In this document: positions 1-11,478 of the stretch, piece after piece | Position numbering within the stretch: position 1 is the stretch's first letter | How the letters are laid out: each line of letters opens with the position of its first letter | Origin: Ylistrum balloti | Lineage: Eukaryota | Reading direction: 5' to 3' | NCBI RefSeq assembly: GCF_031769215.1 | Contig: NW_026782437.1 | Location: forward strand, 248,001 to 312,000 | DNA: 64,000 nt | The notes under the pieces: model-generated | Told to the model about the DNA's origin: nothing | The model's input: only the letters and a program-made list of their open reading frames with translations | Database searches by the model: none | Translations under genes and position numbers: made by a program

Positions 1-2720
1 AAAAGGTGAGAAAGAGGGATCTCAATCCGAGGGAAAAGGTGAGAAAGAGGGATCTCAATCCAAGGTAAAAAGGTGAGAAAGAGGGATCTCAATCCAAGGT
101 AAAAGGTGAGAGAGAGGAATCTCAGTCCAAGGGAAAAGGTGAGAAAGAGGGATCTCAACCCGAGGGAAAAGGTGAGAAAGAGGGATCTCAATCCAAGGTA
201 AAAAGGTGAGAAAGAGGGATTTCAATCCGAGGGAAAAGGTGAGAAAGAGGGATCTCAATCCGAGGGAAAAGGTGAGAAAGATGGATCTCAATCCGAGGGA
301 AAAGGTGAGAAAGAGGGATCTCAATCCAAGGTAAAAAGGTGAGAAAGAGGGATCTCAACCCGAGGTAAAAGGTGAGAAAGAGGGATCTCAACCCGAGGGA
401 AAAGGTGAGAAAGAGGGATCTCAATCCAAGGTAAAAGGTGAGAAAGAGGGATCTCAATCCGAGGGAAAAGGTGAGAAAGAGGGATCTCAATCTGAGGGAA
501 AAGGTGAGAAAGAGGGATCTCAATCCAAGGTAAAAAGGTGAGAAAGAGGGATCTCAATCCGAGGGAAAAGGTGAGAAAGAGGGATCTCAATCCGAGGGAA
601 AAGGTGAGAAAGAGGGATCTCAATCCAAGGTAAAAAGGTGAGAAAGAGGGATCTCAGTCCAAGGGAAAAGGTGAGAAAGAGGGATCTCAACCCGAGGGAA
701 AAGGTGAGAAAGAGGGATCTCAATCCAAGGTAAAAAGGTGAGAAAGAGGGATTTCAATCCGAGGGAAAAGGTGAGAAAGAGGGATCTCAATCCGAGGGAA
801 AAGGTGAGAAAGATGGATCTCAATCCGAGGGAAAAGGTGAGAAAGAGGGATCTCAATCCAAGGTAAAAAGGTGAGAAAGAGGGATCTCAATCGGAGGGAA
901 AAGGTGAGAAAGAGGGATCTCAATCCGAGGGAAAAGGTGAGAAAGAGGGATCTCAATCCAAGGAAAAAGGTGAGAGAGAGGGATCTCAATCCAAGGGAAA
1001 GGTTAGAGGGATCTTAACCAGAGGGAAAAGGTGAGAGAGGGATCTCAACCCAGAGGGAAAGGTTAGAGGGATCTCATTCCCAGGGAAAAGGTGAGAGAGG
1101 GATTTCAACCAAAGGGAAAAGGTGAGAAAGAGGGATCTCAATCCAAGGGAAAAGGTGAGAGAGAGGGATCTCAACCCTAAGGGAAATGTCAGAGGGGTTT
1201 CAACCCAAGGAAAAAGGTTAGAGAGGGATCTCAATCCAAGGTAAAAGGTGAGAGAGAGGAATCTCAGTCCAAGGGAAAAGGTGAGAAAGAGGGATCTCAA
1301 TCCGAGGAAAAGGTGAGAAAGAGGGATCTCAATCCGAGGAAAAGGTGAGAAAGAGGGATCTCAATCCAAGGTAAAAAGGTGAGAAAGAGGGATTTCAATC
1401 CGAGGGAAAAGGTGAGAAAGAGGGATCTCAATCGGAGGGAAAAGGTGAGAAAGAGGGATCTCAATCCAAGGAAAAAGGTGAGAGCGAGGGATCTCAATCC
1501 AAGGAAAAGGTTAGAGGGATCTAAACCCGAGGGAAAAGGTGAGAGAGGGATCTCAACCCAGAGGGAAAGGTTAGAGGGATCTCATTCCCAGGGATAAGGT
1601 GAGAGAGGGATTTCAACCAAAGGGAAAGGTCAGAGGAGTCTCAACCCCAAGAAATGGTAAGATAGAGTGATCTCAATCCGAGGGAAAAGGTGAGAAAGAG
1701 GGATCTCAATCCAAGGTAAAAAGGTGAGAAAGAGGGATTTCAATCCGAGGGAAAAGGTGAGAAAGAGGGATCTCAATCCGAGGGAAAAGGTGAGAAAGAA
1801 GGATCTCAATCCAAGGGAAAAGGTGAGAAAGAGGGATCTCAATCCGAGGGAAAAGGTGAGAAAGAGGGATCTCAATCCAAGGTAAAAAGGTAAGAAAGAG
1901 GGATCTCAATCCGAGGGAAAAAGTGAGAAAGAGGGATCTCAATCCGAGGGAAAAGCTGAGAAAGAGGGATCTCAATCCAAGGAAAAAGGTGAGAGAGAGG
2001 GATCTCAATCCAAGGGAAAGGTTAGAGGGATCTCAACCCGAGGGAAAAGGTGAGAGAGGGATCTCAACCCAGAGGGAAAGGTTAGAGGGATCTCAACCCG
2101 AGGGAAAAGGTGAGAAAGAGGGATCTCAACCCAGAGGGAAAGGTTAGAGGGATTTCATTCCCAGGGAAAAGGTAAGAGAGGGATTTCAACCAAAGGGAAA
2201 AGGTGAGAAAGAGGGATCTCAATCCAAGGGAAAAGGTGAGAGAGAGGGATCTCAACCCTAATGGAAATGTCAGAGGGGTTTCAACCCGAGGAAAAAGGTT
2301 AGAGAGGGATCTCAATCCAAAGGGAAAGGTTAGAGGGATCTCAATCCAAGGGAAAGGTTAAAGGGATCTCAACCCAAAGGGAAAGGTCAGAGGAGTCTCA
2401 ACCCCAAGAAATGGTAAGATAGAGTGATCTCAATCCAAGGGGAAAGGTTAGATAGAGGGATCTCAACCCAAAGGGAAAGGTTATAGGGGTCTCAACCTGA
2501 GGCAAAAGGTTAGAGAGGGATCTCAACCTAAAGGGAAAGGTTATAAGGGTCTCACCCGAGGCAAAAGGTGAGAGAGGGATCTCAATTCAAAGGGAAATTT
2601 TAGAGGGGTCTCAACCCAAGGGAAATGGTAAGATAGAGGGAACTCAATCCAAGGGGAAATATTTGATAGAGGGATCTCAATCCAAGGAAAAGGTTAGATA
2701 AAGGGATTTCAATCCAAGGG
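1..2720 (+). repeat. Purine-rich 33-34 bp minisatellite, about 80 copies, probably intronic in ABTB1
   Basis: Unit gagaaagagggatctcaatccgagggaaaaggt with a 34-bp variant; runs off the window start and degenerates towards 2700. Confidence 0.97.
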
Positions 2721-3340
2721 AAAAGGTGATTGAATTTTTAAAAAAATGAAGCTATCAGAGTGTTTGCAACTATGTCATCTTTTCCCGAGGATTTTGATCC
2801 ACCTCTCTCACTAACATGTGACATCATAAAAATAAAAAGGTTATTGGATAGTTGGCATGTTGTGGTGAATTGTTACTATGACATCATACTGATGTCCTGA
2901 CAGGTCAATCTCCTAGTTTCAACCCTAGGGTGAAGTAAAGAAATCCTACACTGGTATACACATGGATATACTTGTTCAGGGAAAAAGAGCAAGAAAATAT
3001 CTGCTGTTACTTGTGGTAAAAGTATACGACAGTTGTCGTGGTAAGAGGAAGAGTCTCCTTCTCCATATTTTACGTGTCATACTAATAGAAAATGTCATCT
3101 TAAATTTAGACAGAGTTACTCAGAACGATGTTTTTGCCTTTTGCAATGACTTCAGATGATCAGATGTTCTAAGTGGTCCTCGTACTGAACACATGTATCT
3201 TACATACATGTACAAAGAATTAAAAGACATGGTCCTGTAAATACATGATGTAAACACATGATGTAAATACATGATGTCTGATGATCCAGGTTCGTGTTTA
3301 ATGCTTTGCAGAGTACAATAACTTTGTGACATTTTTATAG

Positions 3341-3485
3341 GTGCTCGATGTGAGGCTAATACATTCGAGGGTGAGCGTTGTCTTTATGGAGCTCTGACAG
3401 ACAAAATCAGGAACCTCCTGAAGTGTTACAATGTTATCTCCTCAAAGCAATTGAGACGAGATTTATATGAAGAGTTTCTCCGTAG
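3341..3485 (+). CDS. ABTB1: ABTB1 exon a
   Basis: tatag|GT..AG|gtaag; GARCEANTFEGERCLYGALTDKIRNLLKCYNVISSKQLRRDLYEEFLR. Confidence 0.93.
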
Positions 3486-5579
3486 GTAAGTATTGTCAGT
3501 GACCAGTGTCTCAGGAGTCAAGAAACATTATATGTTTAAGAATAGAAACATACGAATATAAGAACTATAGTGCCATTCTGAAGACAAGAATAATTTTTCA
3601 GTGGAGGTAGAACATTTTACTTTTTCATCGGTGATTTTATCACCAAGTAAAGAAAGGTTAATTGTAAAGGAAATGCGATGAAAAAGAAACTGGTGGCTTA
3701 TGATAAATGGTTGGCTGTCAGTAAATTGTATATGTTCAAACAAGGAGTATTCCTCTGTCTTAGCTTGGTAAAATCTAAGTTAATTGTTGGTCATTTATAC
3801 ACAGTAAAATCCTTGTAAATTGTCTGTTGTTTACATATAGTAAAATCTTAGTAAATGTCTGTTGTTTGCTTACTGTAAAATCTCAGTAAAAGTCTGTTGT
3901 TTATATACAGTAAAATTTTAGTAAAAGTCTGTTGTTTACATACAGTAAAATTTTAGTAAAAGTCTGTTGTTTATATACAGTAAAATTTTAGTAAAAGTCT
4001 GTTGTTTACATACAGTAAAATTTTAGTAAAAGTCTGTTGTTTACATATAGTAAAATCTTAGTAAATGTCTGTCATTTACATATAGTAAAATTTTAGTAAG
4101 ATATATCCACAGCATCGAGACATAATGTCATCATCTGGTAGAACTGTTGTGCCTATATTTCAGACTGTTGGAGGACAGTGCTTATAGTGATGTAACCTTC
4201 AATGTTCATGGTGAAATGTTCCCAGTTCATCGATGCATACTGGCAGCTAGATGTGAATACTTTGCCACCATGTTCAGAACAAAGTGGCTTGGTCGACGAG
4301 TCATCACCATTAAACATTCATTGGTAAGCAAACTATATATAAAAAATCAAGTATATTAGATAGGAACTTTAATGACTTTGTTAATATTTGTCTTTATCTG
4401 GAGTTGGAAGGTTATTTCAAACATTCATTTATTGTGATGTTACAGACTTTGGTGTAGGCCAGTGTGGTTAAATGATATCTAGATACCATATGTTATTATA
4501 ATATCATTTATCATTATACTAAGGCCAGCTATTGAATCTAGTCTATCCTGGCCATGGTGATTTCTCTATGAAGAGTCCCTGGCCTCAAAGGGTTTCAATT
4601 TTATGACATTAGCCAGTACAAGAGTCTTTAATTGTTTAACATCTTTCTCTTTAAACCAAATTTGTCTTAACATAGTCATCATACCAGGTGCTCTCAATTA
4701 CATTTTTTTAACAAGAAATTATTTAAAATCCAAACTATATTTATGATAGTGCCGTTTTTTAATGAACATTATATTTCTTTCAAATTATAGGTTGTACCAG
4801 TTGCTTTCAAGTCAATTCTTCAGTACCTTTATACAGGTAACTTATTAGGTCATCAGACCGAAAAGGGTCAGATGACCTATTGCGACGCCTTTTGTCCAGC
4901 GGCGTCCATCGTATGTCGTCCCTCACAAACATTTTCAACTTTTTCTCAAGTTCTACATGTCTCATTGAGCTGAAACTTACTTGAAATGATTGTGACATGA
5001 TCCTGACCAAAGTTTGTTAATTTCGGGTTGGTCCGAAATCCAACATGCCCGCCATCTTGAAAACACATTTTCAACTTCTCAAGTTCAAAATTTGAAATCT
5101 TGTATTTTATGTCAGATGACCGTTAAGGCTCATGGTCCTCTTGTTTTATGATTACATCTGTCTATTGATTTTTTTTCATTTAATAAAGAATATTGTTTGT
5201 ATGTGTAGGGTACATGGACACTCATGTTGACAACGTAGAAGACTGCCTGCGATTGGCCAAACAATGTCGTCTACAAGGTCTTATGGAGGAAATTGATGAG
5301 CGCATCAAAAAGTTTCAATCATTTGGTAGGTTTCTTTGTTTTTAATTATCATATTGAATATTTTATCACCTATTCTTGAACAGTCTGACATAATTACAAA
5401 TTTTTGTATACGTGTTCACATAATTAAGGTACTTAGACATGGATAAAAGAATAGAGTATACATCCAACTGTAGAACAAGTATACGGGTCATATTGGAGTG
5501 TCTATTTAGGACAGAAATTTAAATTAAGAAGTCTGAGAGTCTTTTCCTGTAAGGATAATCTCCAGTTCATATTATTGTT

Positions 5580-5629
<50 letters not shown>

Positions 5630-8600
5630 CTCACACACACACACACACATTGAGATCATAGATATAGAGTGGAAATGATATCTAGTTTGATGTGGATTTG
5701 TGCATTTTCTGCATCATTTGCCAGAATATTTAATTTGGTGATTAAAGGATATTAAATTTGTTTCCATTTGTATGTGTTTGTAAAACTCCTCACAAGTTTT
5801 GAGTCTCCTGTTGGTAAACAGTCTGTTTGTCTGTCTGAAACTTTTGATTAAAGATGTTGGTGAATGGTTTACAATTACTTATCATTCATGGAGAAGTTTT
5901 TCTAGGATGCTGATAAAAAGAGGTTCTTTAAGGAATTTATTGTTCATTATTTCTCTTTAATTTGGGACTTGTTTGGGACTTATATTTTTTGTTCAAAATC
6001 TTCATATCAAAGTTAATTGCTCTCCATGTACATAATAAAAGGATTCTGCAGGATTAAACATGGTTGTTGTGGGTACAAATAGTGATAATATAAAATATAA
6101 AAGATATAGGCACCATCCTTATTAATGGTTACAGTGTAGTAGTTTAATATAGGGAACCATGTAGGGGTTGACAGGGGACATGTTTTTCTTTAGCAATGTT
6201 CAGTATGCTTGTTCATCTTGGGTCGCCAAACGCTTGCTAAGATAAAACATTTCTAGACTTTTAAGTCATACATGAAATTGAGACAAATTTTAAGATCTTA
6301 AATTTATTGCATATAAACTGAGTTTACTTAATGCTTTCACAAAGATTACCGTAACCTGTTTGGTTTCTTCCTCCAGAGATGTTGAAGCCTGGTGTTACCG
6401 TGACAACGATAACCATAGAACCCACCCTACATAATACTAAGTTACAAGAGGATCTAGGCAGACTTGGTGACTTAGCTCTGCCAAATGAACTGTGTAGTGA
6501 TGTAGGTCATTTAAATGTTTTGGAATATAGTATATTTTGGTGTATTGTGTCCTAAAGCAGTGAAAAGAAGCATACAAGTGATACATTTATCAGCTAATAC
6601 TTCAAATAAGACCTCTTAAGAAAGCCTGGTAATGCAGACATTCATTTATAGTGCTGATATGTAGAATTAGAAGCAGAACTTATTTTATTACTGTTCTATA
6701 AGCCTATCCCCTGATTTCATGTCAGAATTAGTATGTCGGGCCCCATCAGCTTACTAAAGGACAAATATGTCTGTTATGTATTGGATGGCCATGTCAGGCA
6801 ATTTATCCAAGATTGATTACAAGGCAACAGGTAGCTACTTTGATAGTTAAAGTTTGAAATCTCATCATCCATTAACAAAATTACAAGATGATAAATATTC
6901 TACCATTTATTTTACCCGATAATGAATATTCTACCAATTATTTTTACTGGAAAATAATCTGCCTGATGATAAATATTCTTCTAGTTAATTTAATTCAGAT
7001 TATTTTACCTGATGATAAATATTCTTCTAGTTAATTTTTAATTCAGATTATTTTACCTGATGATAAATATTCTTCTAGTTAATTTAATTCAGATTATTTT
7101 ACCTGATGATAAATATTCTTCTAGTTAATTTAATTCAGATTATTTTACCTGATGATAAATATTCTTCTAGTTAATTTAATTCAGATTATTTTACCTGATG
7201 ATAAATATTCTTCTAGTTAATTTAATTCAGATTATTTTACCTGATGATAAATATTCTTCTAGTTAATTTAATTCAGATTATTTTACCTGATGATAAATAT
7301 TCTTCTAGTTAATTTAATTCAGATTATTTTACCTGATGATAAATATTCTTCTAGTTAATTTAATTCAGATTATTTTACCTGATGATAAATATTCTTCTAG
7401 TTAATTTAATTCAGATTATTTTACCTGATGATAAATATTCGTCTGGTTAATTTAATTCAATTATTTTACCTGATGATAAATATTCTTCCACCTGATGATA
7501 AATATTCTTCTAGTTATTTTAATTCAGGTTATTTTACCTGATGATAAATATTCTTCTAGTTAATTTAATTCAGATTATTTTACCTGATGATAAATATTCT
7601 TCTAGTTAATTTAATTCAGATTATTTTACCTGATGATAAATATTCTACTAGTTATTTTAATTCAGGTTATTTTACCTGATGATAAATATTCTTCTAGTTA
7701 ATTTAATTCAGATTATTTTACCTGATGATAAATATTCTTCTAGTTAATTTAATTCAGGTTATTTTACCTGATGATAAATATTCTTCTAGTTAATTTAATT
7801 CAGATTATTTTACCTGATGATAAATATTCTTCTAGTTAATTTAATTCAGATTATTTTACCTGATGATAAATATTCTTCTAGTTAATTTAATTCAGATTAT
7901 TTTACCTGATGATAAATATTCTTCTAGTTAATTTAATTCAGATTATTTTACCTGATGATAAATATTCTACTAGTTAATTTAATTCAGATTATTTTACCTG
8001 ATGATAAATATTCTTCTAGTTATTTTAATTCAGATTATTTTACCTGATGATAAATATTCTTCTAGTTATTTTAATTCATGATAAATATTCTACCAATTTT
8101 TTTCTGACAAATAATCTAACAGATTATTTTACCTGATGATAAATATTCTGCTAGTCACTTTACCTGGTGATAAATATTCTACCAGATTTATTTTACCTGA
8201 TGATAAATCTACAAGATTTATTTTGCTTGATTATAAATATTTTGCCATAGTTGTTTTACGTGGTGGTAGAAATTTTGCCAGTTAATTTGCTAGCTGATGA
8301 TTTTTTGTTTACTACAGATTTTCCAGGCTCTTGGAAACATTCCCTTTGCAGGGTTAGAGGATTTGCCAATCTACCCAGATATTTGTTTTGTTGTAGAGGA
8401 ACACAAATTTCTTTGTCATAAGGTAAAGTTTACAGTTTTGAGTAGCTTGAATCTTACACCCTGATCATTTTGTTGGAGATGATATGAGTATATAATGACA
8501 GGATGTCTGAAGTGTTCTATTTATAGTTATGATGGTCAGGTCATAGAAGAAATGAATGGTGAAAATTAGCTCTAAGTTTCATAGAATTAGACGAGGAAAG

Positions 8601-11325
8601 AATTTTTTGACAGTGCATATCAATTTTTATAAATGTAAAACATTCTTAAATGAAATTTTAATTTTAAGACTGCTCAAGTAAAGAAGTCTCGGGGTCATTG
8701 TGATTTGAAATGCTTGGTCTCAAAAAGTATTAATATGTTGTTCTTTTCTGTAGGTGTTTTTCTGTGGCAGAAGTGACTTTTTTAAGGCCTTGCTGGTAGA
8801 TCACTTTGGAGAATCAAATGTGTCAGAAGACAATCTGCCTTTGATTCCCATCAACGAAATCACGACAGAAAATTTCAGGCAGCTAATGTATTACTTATAC
8901 CAGGATAGCTGTGAGGTAGGTCAAGGTCATCATAATATCTAGGTGTAATGTAAGTGAAGGTCATGTCAGTTGTGATATACAATATAAGATGAGGTTCCCA
9001 CTGCAGTGATATAAGTCAGGGTCATGATAACAGGAATATGCAATGTAGATCAAGGGCTTAGCAGCTGTGATATACAATATAGGTTGAGGTCCCCACTGCT
9101 GTGATGTAGGTCAAGGTCATAGCAACTATTATATACACTATAGGTTAAGGTACAATAGCCTGATGTAGGTCAAGGACATAACTAAATTCATAGAAAGTGA
9201 AATAGCTGTAATCTGCAAGGTCAAGGTTAATAAGGATGTAAATAATGTCAAGGTCAAGGACATAGATAAATTCATAGAATGTGAAATAGCTGTAATCTAG
9301 AAGGTCAAGGTTAATAAGGATGTAAAGAAGGTAAAGGTCAAGGACATAGATAAATTCATAGAATGTGAAATAGCTGTAATCTAGAAGGTCAAGGTTGATA
9401 AGGATGTAAAGAATGTAAAGGTCATGGTATTTTGTAGTTATATTGTAAGTTGAGCTGATAACAGCAAGATTGCAGGCAAAGGTCAGACCAGGTTTAGTGT
9501 AAATTTAAAGTCAGAGATGTAAAGAATCTTATTCAAGAAAGGAAAATGAATGAAGGAAGTAAACATGAATATGTATGTAAATTATTGACAAAAGTGAACT
9601 GCACCAAAGTGTATACAACATGTATTAAAATATTCTTTTCCATGTTTTGTACTTTTGTACCACATAAAGTATTTGTTTATATAATACAATGTTAACTTCC
9701 ATTCCAGTTGACCAAGGAAACAGTGGTTGACATGCTTAAACTTGCTGACCAGTACCTGTTAATGGGACTGAAGAGACTCTGTGCAAACAATATTAGCAAG
9801 TATATAAACACTGACACCGTTCTACAGATACTGGTCTTGGCTAGACTGTTCAACCTTCGAAGGCTTGCTGATCAGTGCTGTGAGTTCATGGCCAACAATT
9901 TACAGGAGGTATGCCTTAAGATCAAACTTGCTTCCTGAAATTTTCAGGGGAGTTTATTGTTGCTACAATGTTAATATCTTCAGAAGTAATAATAAGAGAC
10001 CTTTAAAAAATCTATAAACCTAGCTCTCACCTATTCGGAAGTTTAGACACCATGAAATCACGGAAGAAGAATAAGTATGATAATGATAAGAAACAGAACA
10101 TTAACAATAGGTCTACTCACCAGTTAGTAAAACGCCTAATAAACCTATGAAAGTGAATCTCCAAAATTTTTTTGTAAGTGTAATGTTCTAAGTGATGTTA
10201 CACGATCACCATTGATGATTTGTTTTACTGATAGTAACTTTCTTGCAATTTTACATATCTAACTATTAGATGCTGTATATATTATCAATGTGTATAAACC
10301 ATTTTACTAGTTTGTCATTTTTGTGCAATGATACAATCATTGATTGATCCAGCATCACTGCCATTAAGAGACAATTATTTTTTCATTATCATTGGGTAGA
10401 AGAAGGGAATATAAAGGTGTAATAAGCTAATTTTGATATTCACAGTATTATGCTACTAAATTGTTATTATATTGATCTTTTCAACAGAACTTTTAACTGA
10501 ACATAAACAATAAATGGTTTCAATACTTTAGTTTTCCATGTTGCTCCCTTCAAATGTACATTTTTTACATAAGAGCATGGGCGGAGAATCTGGATGACTA
10601 TGTCCTTATAACAACTTATTCTGAATAACCAGAAAATCTTAGATATTGAAATTTCACCAGTAACATGCTGATATGATTGCTTCCAATTTTGTACAACTGC
10701 ACAACTGCGTTAAATTCTTAACAGGTTGTTGAAACCTGTTCCGTCACTTTTCAATGTTACACAACTTAATTAATAAACAGATGAATGATGCAGACCAATT
10801 GAGCCTCTTGTTTATGCACATTTTCTGATTAGATTGTGGTTAAATGTCACAAATTAAAGAAAAGAATCAACATAAAACCAACCTATTTAGTAATTTGATT
10901 TTATGTTGGGAGCTTGGTCAAATATGATGTCTTTTATGATTATGGATTCTCTTTGAGATACATATGTAACTGAGCTTTGAAGTTTCCTGAAATGGAATTC
11001 TAGTACTGGTATACTTGCTTTATTGTCTGCACATAAAACTATCCGATAGAAAATGTTAAGGGGCAAACTTAAGTTTTTAACTTAACATACAATTTGATAT
11101 TTTTTGTTTTGGTGATAGGTTATGGAGTTAGATGATTTTGCAGAGCTGGTGAGACAAGATGCTGCCAATCTCGAATGTCGTGAAGATACTGATACTTTGG
11201 AAATCATTGATGATATTCGTTACAACATCACAAACTATGTCCAGACTTTCAGCGACATGATGGAAGCAGAAGAGAAACTGCGAATGATTGACGACTTTCT
11301 TGAGAACATGAATATAGATGCTTAA
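3341..11325 (+). CDS. ABTB1: Ankyrin repeat and BTB/POZ domain-containing protein 1, 3' part (9 coding exons, about 419 codons; 5' exons outside window)
   Basis: join(3341..3485,4164..4323,4791..4836,5209..5325,6377..6501,8327..8422,8754..8915,9708..9908,11119..11325). All introns GT-AG and phases consistent. Peptides GARCEANTFEGERCLYGAL, SDVTFNVHG..HRCILAAR, PDICFVV..FLCHKVFFCGRSDFFKALL and DDIRY..VQTFS closely match vertebrate ABTB1 as I recall it. Confidence 0.95.
3805..4100 (+). repeat. 35-bp intronic minisatellite, about 8 copies
   Basis: taaaattttagtaaaagtctgttgtttacatacag recurs at 3911, 3946, 3981 and 4016. Confidence 0.9.
4164..4323 (+). CDS. ABTB1: ABTB1 exon b (BTB1)
   Basis: ttcag|..TTG|gtaagc; LLEDSAYSDVTFNVHGEMFPVHRCILAARCEYFATMFRTKWLGRRVITIKHSL. 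Confidence 0.93.
4791..4836 (+). CDS. ABTB1: ABTB1 exon c
   Basis: ttatag|..ACAG|gtaac; VVPVAFKSILQYLYTG. Confidence 0.9.
4842..5147 (+). mobile_element. Non-autonomous HINE/Helentron-like (pearl-type) element
   Basis: 5' hairpin ggtcatc-agaccgaaaagggtc-agatgacc, cgtc-type microsatellite, body motif aacatgcccgccatcttgaa, 3' subterminal inverted copy tcagatgacc followed by ggctcatggtcctcttgtttt; T-rich flanks. Family assignment is from recalled bivalve repeat structure. Confidence 0.7.
5209..5325 (+). CDS. ABTB1: ABTB1 exon d
   Basis: tgtag|..TTTG|gtagg; YMDTHVDNVEDCLRLAKQCRLQGLMEEIDERIKKFQSF. Confidence 0.92.
5583..5649 (+). repeat. (AC)n microsatellite
   Basis: Long AC run with one ccctct interruption. 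Confidence 0.97.
6377..6501 (+). CDS. ABTB1: ABTB1 exon e
   Basis: ctccag|..GAT|gtagg; MLKPGVTVTTITIEPTLHNTKLQEDLGRLGDLALPNELCSD. Confidence 0.88.
6960..8220 (+). repeat. 46-bp AT-rich intronic minisatellite, about 25 copies
   Basis: cctgatgataaatattcttctagttaatttaattcagattatttta; near-identical copies 7000-8080, degenerate edges. Confidence 0.96.
8327..8422 (+). CDS. ABTB1: ABTB1 exon f (alternative in-frame acceptor possible at 8318)
   Basis: ttccag|..AAG|gtaaag; ALGNIPFAGLEDLPIYPDICFVVEEHKFLCHK. Confidence 0.85.
8754..8915 (+). CDS. ABTB1: ABTB1 exon g (BTB2)
   Basis: ctgtag|..GAG|gtagg; VFFCGRSDFFKALLVDHFGESNVSEDNLPLIPINEITTENFRQLMYYLYQDSCE. Confidence 0.93.
8908..9430 (+). repeat. Degenerate array starting at the ABTB1 exon g donor, ending in 3 copies of an 84-bp unit
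   Basis: Junction gctgtgaggtaggtcaaggtcat (8908) recurs at 9098 with 22/23 identity; gacata-anchored units at 9175, 9259 and 9343. Confidence 0.8.
9708..9908 (+). CDS. ABTB1: ABTB1 exon h
   Basis: ttccag|..GAG|gtatg; LTKETVVDMLKLADQYLLMGLKRLCAN..ARLFNLRRLADQCCEFMANNLQE. Confidence 0.93.
11119..11325 (+). CDS. ABTB1: ABTB1 last coding exon
   Basis: gatag|; VMELDDFAELVRQDAANLECREDTDTLEIIDDIRYNITNYVQTFSDMMEAEEKLRMIDDFLENMNIDA*. Confidence 0.92.
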   Translation, partial: VMELDDFAELVRQDAANLECREDTDTLEIIDDIRYNITNYVQTFSDMMEAEEKLRMIDDFLENMNIDA

Positions 11326-11472
11326 AAACCATCTGGAAAAATGTTTATCTGTTGTTATCAAATCAGTTTCAGGATATTTCTGTTCATTTTTATAAAAAAA
11401 ACATAGGTAACACAGAGGAGAAAATGTACTAGATCCACAACAGGAGACATGATTCACCTGTTCAGTTTACTA

Positions 11473-11478
11473 AATAAA
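11473..11478 (+). promoter_or_regulatory. Candidate ABTB1 polyadenylation signal AATAAA
   Basis: AATAAA about 150 nt after the stop codon; not validated. Confidence 0.35.

Noticed and set aside
55-2315. Many Leu/Phe-rich or Arg/Lys-rich ORFs
   Set aside because: Translations of the 33-bp minisatellite; no splice or homology support.
8916-9430. Nuclear-receptor response elements (AGGTCAAGGTCA)
   Set aside because: The motif is a common component of this genome's dispersed and tandem repeats (also at 13045, 46690 and 50930 region), so its presence alone is uninformative.
9909-11118. Second U12 intron (gtatgcctta)
   Set aside because: Donor deviates from RTATCCTT and there is no CCTTRAC branch motif close to the AG.
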